Source of the DNA: Felis catus
Lineage: Eukaryota
Length of the DNA stretch: 64,000 bases
Assembly: GCF_018350175.1 (NCBI RefSeq)
Contig: NC_058383.1
Span: 12,464,001-12,528,000 of the forward strand
Direction: 5' to 3'
Shown: positions 25,240 through 37,540 of the stretch, piece by piece
Numbering within the stretch: the stretch's first letter is position 1
Layout: every line of letters begins with the position of its first letter
The notes under the pieces: generated by a model
The model's database searches: none
Seen by the model: only the letters and a program-made list of their open reading frames with translations
Told to the model about the DNA's origin: nothing
Made by a program: the position numbers and the translations under genes

Positions 25240-26889
25240 AGAGTTCTTTCTTCTCTGTTTTCTGGGTGGCTCATGGGAGTTTAACTACCAAAGAGATTAC
25301 TTTGTGTGTATGAAACTAAATGGACCATAGGTGCCATACTTAAGTGGAGGAATACTGTTTTACCGGGCAGTGCTAAGACCGCGTTTCCTATCACATCTCG
25401 GTAATTGCGATTCAACCCCCAGAACAGGGCCATTCATATTCACATTCCCTTGCAAGATACCCACTGAGAACAATTTAACACAAAGTTGGGCTGATGCATA
25501 AAACCCCGGGCTGTGTGCTCCCCGTCCCATCCTCATAAGGTTCTAACCCACGCTGGGGCAAGAGTGGATTTATCCCGCCCCATTCTGGTCCCCTCGACAC
25601 CCCACTGTAATAACCAAAAACAGCAACCTGGATTATGAAGGGCAAATTACGAAGTTGGCGCCTCAATCCTGGCATGGCCGGATCTCGCCTCCTTTCTCGG
25701 ATCCCATCTTCTCCCCAAACTCACCCCGGAAATCGCCTTCCCTCGTTCGGAAGCTCTCTTGTAGGTCCTTCATATGGATGTTCGCTGTTCCTTTAAAATC
25801 CCCAAGCGGAAGCAGCAGGCAACTGAGGACTGTCAGCTTGGGCTGTATGGTTCAGTGACTTGGCATTCATGACGTTTATTTTGGAACCTGTCTGATGGCC
25901 TGACCTATTTTAGGATCTCTGCTTTAACCATACCTTCCTCCCCCCATTTTTCCAATTAGAAGTAAAGGCGAAAGAGGTGGGGGAGGTTGGACGGGAGGAG
26001 AGGGAGGAACGTAGAGCTCAGCAGTCTAGTTGTGACATCGGCAACCGCCCAAGCCGGCCGTAGCGTCGCAGACACTGTCGGAAAGGTGATCTGCTGGAAA
26101 GGCCGTGTCCCCGAAATGGGAGGGGGTTCCGGAAGCACTCCTGTGCTCAGTTTCCCGGGTGCGGCCACGATACACAAACCAAAGGCCACATTGGGTATTT
26201 TTCAGCGTTTTCCTCTCCGGAAAGACCTGTTCGGGAGAGGAATGATCTCGTTCTTCCAGAGAGGAAAGCTCTCTGGAAGCGGGGGGAGCGGCGGTGGTGA
26301 TGAAGCAAATGCAGGCAAGTAGCCAACTGTGCACATTTACGGAGAGTAGGAATGTAAAACAGATGTTTGGCAGGAAAATAAACCATTGCCCTGGGAGCAT
26401 CACCATCGGCCTCCGGAGAATAGGGTTTCTCAGATCCAGGCAAATAACGCAGTGAGTCACTGAAAGCTGCACACCCATCATAACCAGCTCTGAGGACCCA
26501 GCTTCTGGGTCGCCTGGTCCCCTGTCTCCGCATCTTTTTTCTTGGCTGTGCAAATAGCCAGAATACCTCTGACTAGATGTTATTCTGTCTCCCTAACCGG
26601 GAACGAGGTGTTCTCCCACCAGAGCTTCTTCCGTGCCATGGAGGGCCGGAACAGCAAGACCGGGCCCCCAAAAAGGGAGGCGGCAACTCTCTAAGCCTTC
26701 TCCTACGGGCTCCAGTAGAATAACGCTGAGAGTTATACGAAAGCAGGGGACCCGAGCCACTATGCGGAGACCCTCCCAAAATAGTTGTAACCCTCATGGA
26801 GCCAATGGTGACGTGAGGGTCATTTGGGGTGGAGTACCCACGGCAGGTGCTGCTGCGGGCAGCTCAGGAATGCTTCGATGGCTATCAGG

Positions 26890-27198
26890 AAGACAAACAA
26901 AACAGTAGAAACAGACCCATACATACCGAGAAGGAACCGACGGTTACCAGAGGGTAGGGCGTTGGCGGAAAGGGCAAAATGGGGGGAAGAGAGTGGAAGG
27001 CACCGGCTTCCAGGCACGGGGATGGAAGTCACAGCGTAGGGAATATGGTCAAGGGTGTTGTCACGCTGTATGGCGACAGAAGGTGGCCACGCTCGTGGTG
27101 AGCACAGCGTGATGGCTACGCTTGTCCAGTCACCATGCTTACGCCTGAATTTAACGCACTCGGTGTGTCACCTAAATTTGGATTAAAAAAAAAAAAAA
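26890..27198 (+). mobile_element. L1 3' end (carnivore-type)
   Basis: 'agaaggaaccgacggttaccagaggg...ggcttccaggcacggggatggaagtcacagcgtagggaatatggtcaa' followed by poly-A. Confidence 0.8.
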
Positions 27199-29171
27199 AG
27201 ATTCTGTGCTTGAATCACCTGGTACCTTCGGGAGGAATGGAAAGAATTTAGAAAACGGGGGGCCCCAGCATGGCACAAGACGGAAGTCAGAGGTGTGATG
27301 TCTCCTGCCACTGGGATGGGGTCTAGGAAATGTGTCCATGTCCCTTACAGCCAACGGAACTCAACCCTACCGTAAGGATGCCATAAACATAAAGGGCCAC
27401 GCAAGTCTTGAGAGAAATAAAATAGAGGAACAAGCGTCCACCATGATGAGCCATCAAAGCTGAACACAGCGATAAGTTCGCACAGCGATAAGTTCCCTCA
27501 AAACGGAGCCCACAGAGCACATCTCATAATAATTTATTTACATCAGTAGCTTCGGTGACCTGTGAAGTTTATTGACAAAATCAGAAACGGTCGTTCCCTG
27601 CAAATTATATTTCCAGTTCTCAGACCCAGAAGGTCATTGTGACGGAAATCGCTTGCCCCTCTGTCTTTCTGTCCTGCTGAAAGAACAGACCTTTTCCTAC
27701 GTGGAATCACGTCCAACAGAGGAATGTTGTGCCTTCAAATCGATTAGGACAAATGAATTCCTTAGTGTAACCTACCAGCAAGCACGAAAAAACTAAAGGC
27801 TGCACAGTATTAATGTGCTGATTAAAAAGAATGATCAGAGGGACGTCAGCCGATGGAACCTAGACCCAGGTGGCTTTGAAAGACACCCACCCTTCTGATG
27901 GTTGGGTCACAGCCAACCAGTTAGTAACTGCTTGGTTGCTCAACTGAATTCAGCTGGTTTGTTGTGAAAATGACCCACGCTCTGCCTCGCCGGCATCGTC
28001 GCTTTGGAACCAGTTTCCCGGGTGCAATCTTCACCGTCAGCCTGAGCTCAAATGGTGGGGTGGGTGACTACCACCGGGTTAAGCTGAGCCAGGGAAGTTG
28101 GTTGAAGGAGAAAGTTCACAGAAAGCCCGGCAGCCAGGAGAGGATCAAATGAGGGCTGCAGGCCGACAGCTAACTCCAATTTAAGAGGGAAACTGAATTG
28201 AGACAGTGGGACTGCCAGAGAGAAAGCCACGTGATTCCAGAAAATTCCATCTTAAAACATGTCATAGGAGCAGAGTTCTTCCCGGGCCCCAGTGCTCGGG
28301 ATGCAACCCTAGAAAATGGGAAGGAGGAAGCAGCGAGGCGGCCTGATCTCTCGTGTGGGGATCTGGCGAGGCGGGAGTATTCGTCAGTGGCACGTCAGCG
28401 CTCTCCTCCACACGGAATGCCATGTCTATTTCTGGAATCCGGAAGTTTTCAGGAAAAGCGCTCCGCTGACCTTTTGTGAGGTCCAGGAGAAGGGCGGAGA
28501 AGTCCACTGAGAGCTGGCTGCTCATTCTAAACAGCTGGGATCGAGGAGGAATGACACGAATGTAGGCGTCCATTTCTGGCGCCGGGAGAGGCTCCAGGGA
28601 AAGGCAGGGGCAGGGACTCTTTTCCAATTAGTCAGAGAAGCTTTTGATGACAACCCCAGGAGTCCCTTATCCCAAAATATCACTTGTCACCTGCGCACAC
28701 CCGCCCACGAATGCATCCTGGATGAGATGGATGGGTGGTACCTAGTTTTCACTCTCCTGCCGGGTTCCCTTGACAGGCTGCTCCAGTGATTTAGGGCACC
28801 ATCGGTGGCCCTGATCTGATTCATCACTTGGTGATTCATCTTTCCCAACAAGCCATGGCTCCCGTTTTGTAACGCCCTTCCATTCTTCTCCTTTGAAGAG
28901 AGACAAATAGGTGATGAAAGCCAGACTGGGGAACAGAATTCCAGCTCTTTCCTGCCAGAACTAACCCGTAGTAAGAAGAAGTGAACAGATCATCAGATCA
29001 ATTTCAGGGAAGACGATGCATATTGACAAAACAATGCCCTTTTGCATCTCATGTGTCGCTTTTATTGTTTCGCACACGGGCATAAGGCCCATGAACACCC
29101 GTGGCAACATATGAACAGGTAAGTGGATTTTTTATCTGAACATTATGATCATTTAAAGGTAAACACATTTT

Positions 29172-29398
29172 GGGGGGGGGGCGGCCCCTGGGTGGCTCAG
29201 TAGGTTGAGCTCTTGATGTCAGCCCAGGTCATGATCCCAGGGTCATGGGATCAAGCCCCATGTTGGGCTCCATGCCGAGTGAGGAGTCTGCTTTAGATTC
29301 TCTCTCTCTGTCTCTCTCTCCCTCTGCCCCTCTCTGCTCACATGTGCTCTCTCTAAAATAAAATAAAATAAAATAAAATAAAATAAAATAAAATAAAT
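29172..29398 (+). mobile_element. SINEC (older subfamily) with (AAAAT)n tail
   Basis: TSD 'taaaggtaaacacatttt' at 29154-29171 and 29398-29415. Confidence 0.9.
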
Positions 29399-29417
29399 AA
29401 AGGTAAACACATTTTTT

Positions 29418-29780
29418 CTTTTTTTACTATGAAATTTATTGTCAAATTGGTTTCCATACAACACCCAGTGCTCATCCCAAAAGGTGCTCTCCTCGGGGCG
29501 CCTGGGTGGCTCAGTCGGTTGAGCGTCCGACTTCAGCTCAGGTCGCGATCTCGCGGTCCATGAGTTCGAGCCCCGCGTCGGGCTCTGGGCTGATGGCTCG
29601 GAGCCTGGAGCCTGCTTCCGATTCTGTGTCTCCCTCTCTCTCTGCCCCTCCCCCGTTCATGCTCTGTCTCTCTCTGTCTCAAAAATAAATAAACGTTAAA
29701 AAACAAAAAACAAAAGGTGCCCTCCTCAATACCCATCACCCACCCTCCCCCTCCCTCCCACCCCCCCATCAACCCTCAGT
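29418..29780 (-). mobile_element. 5'-truncated feline L1 (L1_Fc-like) 3' end, containing a SINE
   Basis: 'gaaatttattgtcaaattggtttccatacaacacccagtgctcatccca...aatacccatcacccaccctcccc...catcaaccctcagt' is the reverse complement of the felid L1 3' terminus. Flanked by 'taaaggtaaacacatttttt'. Confidence 0.9.
29495..29711 (+). mobile_element. Young SINEC_Fc nested in the L1 fragment
   Basis: TSD 'aaaaggtgc(t/c)ctcctc' at 29479-29494 and 29712-29727. Confidence 0.95.
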
Positions 29781-30150
29781 TAAAGGTAAACACATTTTTT
29801 AAGGGAAATTATATTTTGACCCTTAAGTATATAGACCTATCAATATACTAAATGGTGCATTTCTTTTCGAAAAGGTATTACTTCCATCTGGAATTCTGTT
29901 GCATATTGTCTGTTTTGGCCATTAGAATTGCCTATGCTTCTTATTTTTACAATATTTTTAAGCAATGTTTATTGTGTTTTTACAGCAAAAGCAAGGCACA
30001 GGCATTATAGTGAGCTTAGAAAAAATGAAATTTCCGACTAATATAAATGAAAAAAAAAACCCTATCATACTACCACCCAAAGATCATCATGGTGCATAAC
30101 TTGTTGAATATTATATATTTATATATAACGTACCTATTACACAAAAAACA

Positions 30151-30270
30151 GTGACACCTGGGCGGCTCAGTCAGTTGAGCATCTGACTTTGGCCAAGGTC
30201 ATCATCTCATGGTTCGTGAGTTCAGCCCCACATCAGGCTGGCTATTGTCAGTGAGGAGCCTGCTTGGGAT

Positions 30271-30324
<54 letters not shown>

Positions 30325-30400
30325 TGCCCCTCCTGCACACATGCCCTCTCTCTCTCTCTCTCAAAAAAAAAAAAAAAAACTTAGAAAAAAATAGAAAAAA
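30151..30400 (+). mobile_element. SINEC with long (CT)n
   Basis: SINEC head, long (CT) run at ~30274-30320, A tail. Confidence 0.9.
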
Positions 30401-31119
30401 AATATACACATACATGAATTAGGATCATCTAACATACGGGTGACACAGTAACATTTTGCCTTTGTCCATGAATGGCCTTCATCCTACCCACCCCCAATCA
30501 GCCTGTGATGCCCCTCGATCCAGAGGGAGTTTCTTAGGAAAAAACAAGCACGGAGCCAAAGCAAAATGCAGCTTCTGGAAATCAAAACGAGGACTTGGCC
30601 GCCGACAATCCCTTGCAATCCTGGGCAATTTTCTTAAGTAAGTTTTGTCTACATCTTGTAATCTCCTCTATCCCCACGTATCCCCAACCAACTGTTTTAA
30701 TCATCCAGATTAGAGAGCTTCAGTTAAGAGAGGTCCAGAGGGAAAGAGGAAACGGCAAATCCCTCCCTCCATTGGAGGTGGGCCAAATCCCACCCCCAAC
30801 CTCAGCCTGAGAAGGGCAGGTACATAGACGGATGAAGGTACCATGAAGAGTAAAGGAGACCGTCTTAGTCTCTTTAGGCTGCTATAACAAAAATACCATA
30901 GCCTGAGTGGAGGGACAAGGGAGCTCCCATTAATCAGGGTAGGGAGACACCCCGGGGTGTGGCTCTCCCGGGCCATCCTGGGTTCCTGAATAACAAGGCC
31001 ACAGAGTAGTAGAGGGCCAGATGGGCTGCCCAGGGATTTGGCAGTGCAAGGTGGGCTGGCCTGGGCCCCCCCAGACTAGCAGGCTAGATGGAGAATGGGG
31101 GCAGGAGCTCGGAGATCGT

Positions 31120-31324
31120 TTGTTTTTTTTTTTAACGTTTATTTTTGAGACAGCGACAGAGCATGAATGGGGGAGGGTCAGAGAGAGAGGGAGACACAGA
31201 ATCTGAAACAGGCTCCAGGCTCCGAGCGGTCAGCCCAGAGCCCGACGCGGGGCTCGAACTCACGTACTGTGAGATCATGACCTGAGCCGAAGTCAGACGT
31301 TTAACTGAGCCACCCAGGCGCCCC
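31120..31324 (-). mobile_element. SINEC_Fc-family SINE
   Basis: Reverse SINEC, TSD ~'gagatc(g/a)ttt'. Confidence 0.95.
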
Positions 31325-31639
31325 AGAGATCATTTTTTATACCAAAGGTATCATACTACTGACCTTTTTGAGCTCATAATATTGATTCAGCTCTAGGTCA
31401 ACTGGGCAATGTCTCTGAACAAAAGAAAAATCCCACAAAGGGCAAACGGTTGGTAAATTTCCTAGGTCCTTACATTTCCTAGAATATTTTGCTTCTCCCT
31501 TCATCCGTGAATTAAAATTCAGCCAGGCTTAAAACCCATGGATCTAAACATTTCTCCTGTCAAAACCCCTGTTTATCCCAACATCTTTTGATTATTATTT
31601 CGGCACCTTTCGGCATTTCGTGTTAAAGGGTGAAAGCCT

Positions 31640-32600
31640 GAAGCTGACCTTATTTTTTGTTCTCTTGAGGGCACTTTTATTTCTTTTCTGCTGGATATTT
31701 GTATTATTTTATATGGCTTATTTTAATTCTTAGAATTAAAAACAATTTTTTTTTTCCAGGCTAAGAATGTGTGTGTATTGCCTGGGATACAGTAAGGCAT
31801 TTCAATCTTTAAATTCAAAGTTTCTTTCAAATTCATATAGATTCCTTAAATACACTTTGAATTGTTACATTTTATTCCATTTGTTCTGTTTCTTCCCTCT
31901 ATAAAACTTAATTTTATCTTTGTTTTATGTCCTCCATCTCTTTCTAATTCTTCTTGCTTTTTTTTTTTTCAACGTTTATTTATTTTTGCGACAGAGAGAG
32001 ACAGAGCATGAACGGGGGAGGGGCAGAGAGAGAGAGGGAGACACAGAATGGGAAACAGGCTCCAGGCTCCGAGCCATCAGCCCAGAGCCTGACGCGGGGC
32101 TCGAACTCCCGGACCGCGAGATCGTGACCTGGCTGAAGTCGGACGCTTAACCGACTGCGCCACCCAGGCGCCCCATAATTCTTCTTGCTTTTATCCACGA
32201 CTTCTTTCCCCCTGAATTCTGAGAGGACTTCTCAAATCTGCCCTCCACAGTACTGAGCATTTTGATCTTGGCAACGTGCATCGATTTATTTCATTTCTTC
32301 TTGTAATTCTCCTTTCTCCTTTTTGTCTTTTTTTTTTTTTTTTATCTCCTCTGGCTAAATCTGAACCTCGTCCCATTAAACCCTTCACCTGTCCTACGTC
32401 CTTCTTAGAGCTTTGCTTCTTCCCTCATCAGGACCGTGCCTTCTTATAACTATTGTGGTCACCAAATAGTTTTCTAAAAGGTTCTTTTTGTCCTTGCAGT
32501 CAGTATTTCCAGAACCGTATTTCCCCATGGAGTCCACTGAGCGAGGCTCTTCTTTCCTTTCCCTGCAGCGTGTTTTCCAACTGGGCTGTTACTTTGTTGT
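31640..32600 (-). mobile_element. Old L1/HAL1-like fragment
   Basis: T-rich tract resembling antisense ORF1-region sequence of old LINE1/HAL1. Heavily decayed. Confidence 0.45.
31957..32174 (-). mobile_element. Young SINEC_Fc
   Basis: Near-consensus, TSD 'taattcttcttgcttt'. Confidence 0.95.
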
Positions 32601-32940
32601 AAAGTTCTCCGTGTGAACATAGAAGAGTATAATTGGGGTTTCTCCGTAGATCCCGCGCGAAGTTCTTTGGGCCCTACTCACAAGCCCCGTAAGTGTCAGG
32701 AGAGCCTCTGCTTTAATCTTACCCTAGAGGGAACATTTTTTTAGGATCTGATATGCATTTATCTGGGTCTACCTCTGGTTTTCTCCCATCCCCACGGCTC
32801 AGCCCTCTAATATTGAGAAATGAAATCTATGTTGACTGATTCGAAGGGGGAGGCAGTAACAATGAGACCCAAAGTCTGTTAATAGCTCCAACAGAGTAGA
32901 CACACATTTCTAACTTATTTAAGAATTCGAGAGTTCCTAT

Positions 32941-33175
32941 GCAGCACCTGGGTGGCTCCGTGGGTTAAGTGTCCGACTTCAGCTCAGGTCACGGTCTCAG
33001 GGCTCGTGACTTCGAGCCCCGCCTCGGGCTCTGTGCTGACAGCTCAGGGCCCGGAGCCCGCCCGCTTCGGATTCTGTGTCTCCCTCTTTCTCTGTCCCTC
33101 CCCTGCTCACACTCTGTCTCTCTGTCTCTCAAAAATCAATAAAAGCATTAAAAAAAAAAAAAAAGAAAGAAAGAA
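32941..33175 (+). mobile_element. SINEC_Fc-family SINE
   Basis: 'cacctgggtggctccgtgggttaagtgtccgacttcagctcagg' head, A tail. Confidence 0.9.
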
Positions 33176-33649
33176 CTAATTCTTGACCGCATCTAACAAG
33201 GGAAGCTGGAAATGCAGTCTAGCTGTGTGTTCAAGGAAAAGGGAATACTGGTTTTGGTGGACAAGCCCCCAGGAGTGTTGGAGACCAGGACCACCGGCAC
33301 ATATAGCTGTGTAGACGGTTCCTCTCTCCCTGTCAACATTATTTTTCTTGGTTGCAGAAGATGCAACTCTCCGTCTCCAACTACTATGACTTCTCCATCT
33401 CCTTGCTTCCCGGCTATGTTGAGGAAGACATTCCACCCGTCCCAGTCTGAGCCCCTGGAAGGCAGACTCCCCAACCAGGCCAGGCAGCCGGAAGACATGC
33501 TGGAAATTAATCAGAAAATAAACAGGAGAAGAGGAAGTGTCCAACGCAAACTAATCCCTTTTCTTTAATTACTTGGGAACACACTTGGGTCTTTCCCTGG
33601 CGGCACAGGCAAAACAAACCAATTTCACTGAGCCAACGTACCTCTAGTT

Positions 33650-33861
33650 CAGCAGTTCTCAGAGTGTGGTCCTTGGGCCAGTGGCAGCAAGGTACTCATT
33701 AAAATGAGTCATCCAGGTACTCATTAAAATGGCAGCATCCGGGTCCTCATTAAAATGCAAGTCTTCAGGCTCCACTCCAGACCTAAGGAAGCAGAAACTC
33801 TGGGAAGGAAACCTGGCAACCTGTAGTTTAACCAGCCCTGCAGGTGATGCTGTCACTACTG
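33650..33861. mobile_element. MER5A-like hAT-Charlie MITE with an internal triplication
   Basis: 'cagcagttctcagagtgtggtcc...caggctccactccagacctaaggaagcagaaactctggg...tttaaccagccctgcaggtgat'. Confidence 0.8.
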
Positions 33862-34164
33862 CTCTTGGCCGTGACCCGGACCGTAGCACAGTACCCGTTG
33901 TCAACTCATGGCCCTCCATTTTAGTCACCAGCAAAACACTGTCGGAGGTGTATTTGGAATTCTAATCTTGCAAAACTGAAAGCACAGAGCAATGTGAGTA
34001 AAACTCACTCTTCCAGTTGGACTCACGGGGAAAACTTGAAACTTAAGCCTTTTCGCGTAGGAAGCTTCCAGCACTCACGAACTATCGCCTGTTTGTTTTC
34101 TTTGGCACTAATTAGCTAATTCTCTGCGCCAGGTCAAGATGACCATCGGTAATGAACACGGAGT

Positions 34165-34340
34165 CATAAAATATCTGATGTGAAGGGATCTCATGGGTCA
34201 TCAACTCCATCTACCCATTTTATAAATTGGAAAACTGAGGTCCGGGAAGAATAAATGGGGCGTCCAAAGCCCCACCTCTAGTTGGAGGGAGAGCCACAGC
34301 TAGAACCCAAGACTCCCAATTCCTGATCCAGCTCTCTTTC
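34165..34340. mobile_element. MIR fragment
   Basis: 'cccattttataaattggaaaactgaggtcc...gctagaacccaagactcccaattcctgatccag'. Confidence 0.7.
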
Positions 34341-35139
34341 TGCTAACATCATCTTATGAGATCCTATTTGTAAAGCCCTCTGAAACACACCCAGTGTAAA
34401 AAGGGGTTGTGTTATATTAATATTGAGTTGGGTCCAGATAATTTGAATTCCAAATCTTAAAGAGCCAAAGTTAAACGTGTGTGCAAATTTGTTCTGTAAG
34501 CCTTGTCCAAATGCAAATAAAAAATGAATGAACAGTATTGCCTTAGAATTATAGAACACTCCGGAACATTGATATTGATATTAAGAAGTGCAATGAAAAA
34601 GCATCAGACAGCAGCCTCTGATATCTCCTTTTCACGGTTTCCCCTGAAATGCCTGCGATGTCATAAAAACCTGAGAGAAATGTCCACCAAACGTAGGGTC
34701 GGTATTTCTGAATAGAGGAAAACGGTGTGCAGGTTCCTATACCTTATTTCACAAAGAGAGAGAGAGAGAGAGCCATGCATCGTAGAAGAAGGTGGGGAGT
34801 CCGAAACTTTCTCTTTCTCAGTCCAACAAGAGCCACACACTGTTCCAGACCTAGAACATTTCAGAGATTGGGATCCAGGGAGATGGGGGTGGGATCGTGT
34901 CCCAGGTCACTCGCTGATCAATGGAGACGAGTGCCCCTGGCTTGGTTTTACTGGTGGTCTGCTGCCTGGGGCCCAGTTGGAGTGGAAATGGCAGCCCCAC
35001 AGAGCTGGGGTGGCCTCTTCCCGGGAAGAACGTTCCTCCCGGCTTATCGTTTAGGGGTGTCAGCTGAAATCGACTTCTTTCTGCTTTCACTTTATCACTG
35101 GCTTCGCTGGGTCGTTGAATGGAGAATCTTTTTTTTTTC

Positions 35140-35560
35140 TTTTAACACCTTTCTTCATTATGTAATTCGCGTGCCAAACAGTTCACCAATTTAAGGTGCA
35201 CGTATCAGTGGTTTTAATGCCCTCACAGATCTGTAGAACCACTAGCACAGTTAGTTTTAGGACCTTTTCAGCACCTTATAGAGAAACCCTATACTCTTCA
35301 GTTATTGCATCCTCAACAACCATTAATCTACTCTGTCTCTACAGATTTCCCTGCCCTGGAAGTTTCATAGGAATGGAATCATATAGTCTGTGGTCTTTTT
35401 GTAATTGGCTTCTTCCACTTAGCATCGTGTTTCTATGGGTCATCTATGCCAAAGCAGCGTATCTTTTTTTTACGACAGAATACTATGCCATCACATGGGT
35501 CCACCACCTTTATTTATCTGTTCATCCCTTGATGGACATCAGGGCGTTTCTACCTTCCAG
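35140..35560 (-). mobile_element. L1MB-like 3' fragment
   Basis: 'caaccattaatctactctgtctctacagatttccc...ggaatcatatagtctgtggtcttttgtaattggcttcttccacttagcat'. Confidence 0.85.
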
Positions 35561-36197
35561 CTCTTATAAATTTTCCAACGGCGCATATTCGAATTGTCCA
35601 CAAATGTCCACAAATGTTGGGCACCTCAACAATGAAAACCAGACAGGAGCTACTTTGAGGTCGCTCTGAAAAGTATTTGTAACAGTAGCCATGAGAAGGC
35701 TACGTGTTCCAAAGCCTTTTGACGTTACCCAGGTAACCCTCATGATAGGGCTACGAAGCCTGTGCTGTTAGTCCTGTTTTACGGAAGACATGAGCTCTGA
35801 GGGTTCAGAATCACCCAACGAGTGAGTAGGAGACAGGTCGGAGAACCTATCATTCTGTCGCTAGTTACGATCTATTTTCACCTAATTTTTAGAGGGAAGA
35901 AATCCCTGTAGGAACATTGTCCTACAGTAGTGGGAGACTTTGGCATTTCCCGGTTCTCAATCAGCACATCCCTTCCCTTCTAAATTCCAATGGCTTTTTT
36001 TTTTTTTTTTTTTGCTTTTAAAAATATATCACCTTTGGCCTTTTATCGTCGTGTTTGTGTGAAGGGTTATCCCCTCTGCTAGCTGCTCATAGCAGAGAGA
36101 CTGGACCAGAAGTCCTCTGAGAAATCTGCTAGCCGTAAAGGTTCTGAGGGATTTCTTCTGTGATACACAATGATCCTACCATTAAAATAAGGTTTCT

Positions 36198-36400
36198 GGG
36201 GGACGCCTGGGTGGCTCGGTCGGTGGAGCATCCAACTTCAGCTCAAGTCATGATCTCACGGTCTGTGGGTTCGAGGCCCCCGTCGGGCTCTGTGCTGACA
36301 GCTGGGAGCGTGGAACCTGCTTCGGATTCTGTGTGTCCCTCTCCCTCTACTCTGCCTCTACTTGCGCTCTGTCTCTCAAAAATAAACACACACACAAAAA
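36198..36400 (+). mobile_element. SINEC_Fc-family SINE
   Basis: Full element, TSD ~'aataa(g/t)gtttctgg'. Confidence 0.93.
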
Positions 36401-36419
36401 TTAATAATGTTTCTGGTTT

Positions 36420-36592
36420 TTTCTAAGTTCATTTATTTATTTTGTAAGAGTGCATGTGAGAGGGGCAGAGGGGGGTGGGGAGGGAGAGAATCCCAAACAG
36501 GCTCAGCACAGAGCCCAACACAGGGCTTGATCTGACGACCCAAGCCAAAATCAAGAGTCATACGCTTAACCAACTGAGCCACCCACGTGCCC
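36420..36592 (-). mobile_element. SINEC (Fc2-like), tail-to-tail with the previous SINE
   Basis: Reverse SINEC, TSD 'tgtttctggtttt'. Confidence 0.9.
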
Positions 36593-37540
36593 TAGTGTTT
36601 CTGGTTTTCTTATCGGTGACTCCGTTTCCATGAGACTGGGCAAGTCCAGTAGAAATGCTGGCCCTGGGGGCTCATGCTGGGTGGATTTGGAATGGCTGGA
36701 AGCCAGGGGCCCAGGCAGGTGAACACCAAGGAGGGTCGTGTGTCTGCTAAAGGGGTGCCATCATGAGAAAGGTACCCGCCAGAGACAGGAAATGAGTAAG
36801 AAGTCAGGAGCCAAGGACATCAGGCAGAGGTTGTAACTGGAGAGAATGTCAGATGCATCCAGGGGGCTCATGACAAGGCCCGTGGATACGTCAGGGTCCC
36901 TGAAGGCTTACTGATAGGGTGTCCTTCCTGGTAAAGGGCACAGTTGTCCAGCTGAAGAAAACATGGCACAACTGAACATCCTAGACGATTACTAGTCTAG
37001 TTTTCTGAGTTCGGGTTTTAAGGGTATCATTATTACCAACTTTAGTGCACAACTGCTACCTTGTAGCCTGGAAAAAAAAAAAGGAAGAAAGAAACCGTCT
37101 AACTGTCCATCCTTTGGGAAAAGTTAAACTGTGAGTCCGTACAGTGGCTGGTCGAACTGTTGGTTCTTCAAACGGTGGTGGAGACCCATACACCTTTCTG
37201 AGAAGACATTCGTGATGCGGTGCCGATTTTTTTCAGAAGTTGTAAAAAAAAAAATGTCTATAAGAAAAAAAAGTTCGTAGATACAGAGAACAGATTGGTA
37301 GTTGCCGGGGGGGGGGAGGGGTGGGAGAAATTAGTGAACTGTTTTGTTTTGTTTAAAGAAATGGAACAATTTGTATATATTTTAAAAGGTCACAAGATGC
37401 CATGGATATTATGCCATTCGTGTAAAATTGTGTGTGTGTCGATATGTGTGTGTTTACGAATGTGTGTATGTGCATAATTTTATGTCTCTAAATATAAAAG
37501 GAGTAATGAGACCTCTTGCAACTTACAATTATATTTACCA

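Noticed and set aside
36620..36960. Possible ancient Gypsy-like LTR relics (similar texture at ~8.6-9.0, 40.1-40.5, 52.7-53.1 and 62.5-62.85 kb)
   Set aside because: The impression rests on composition only. A family cannot be assigned without a Dfam search.
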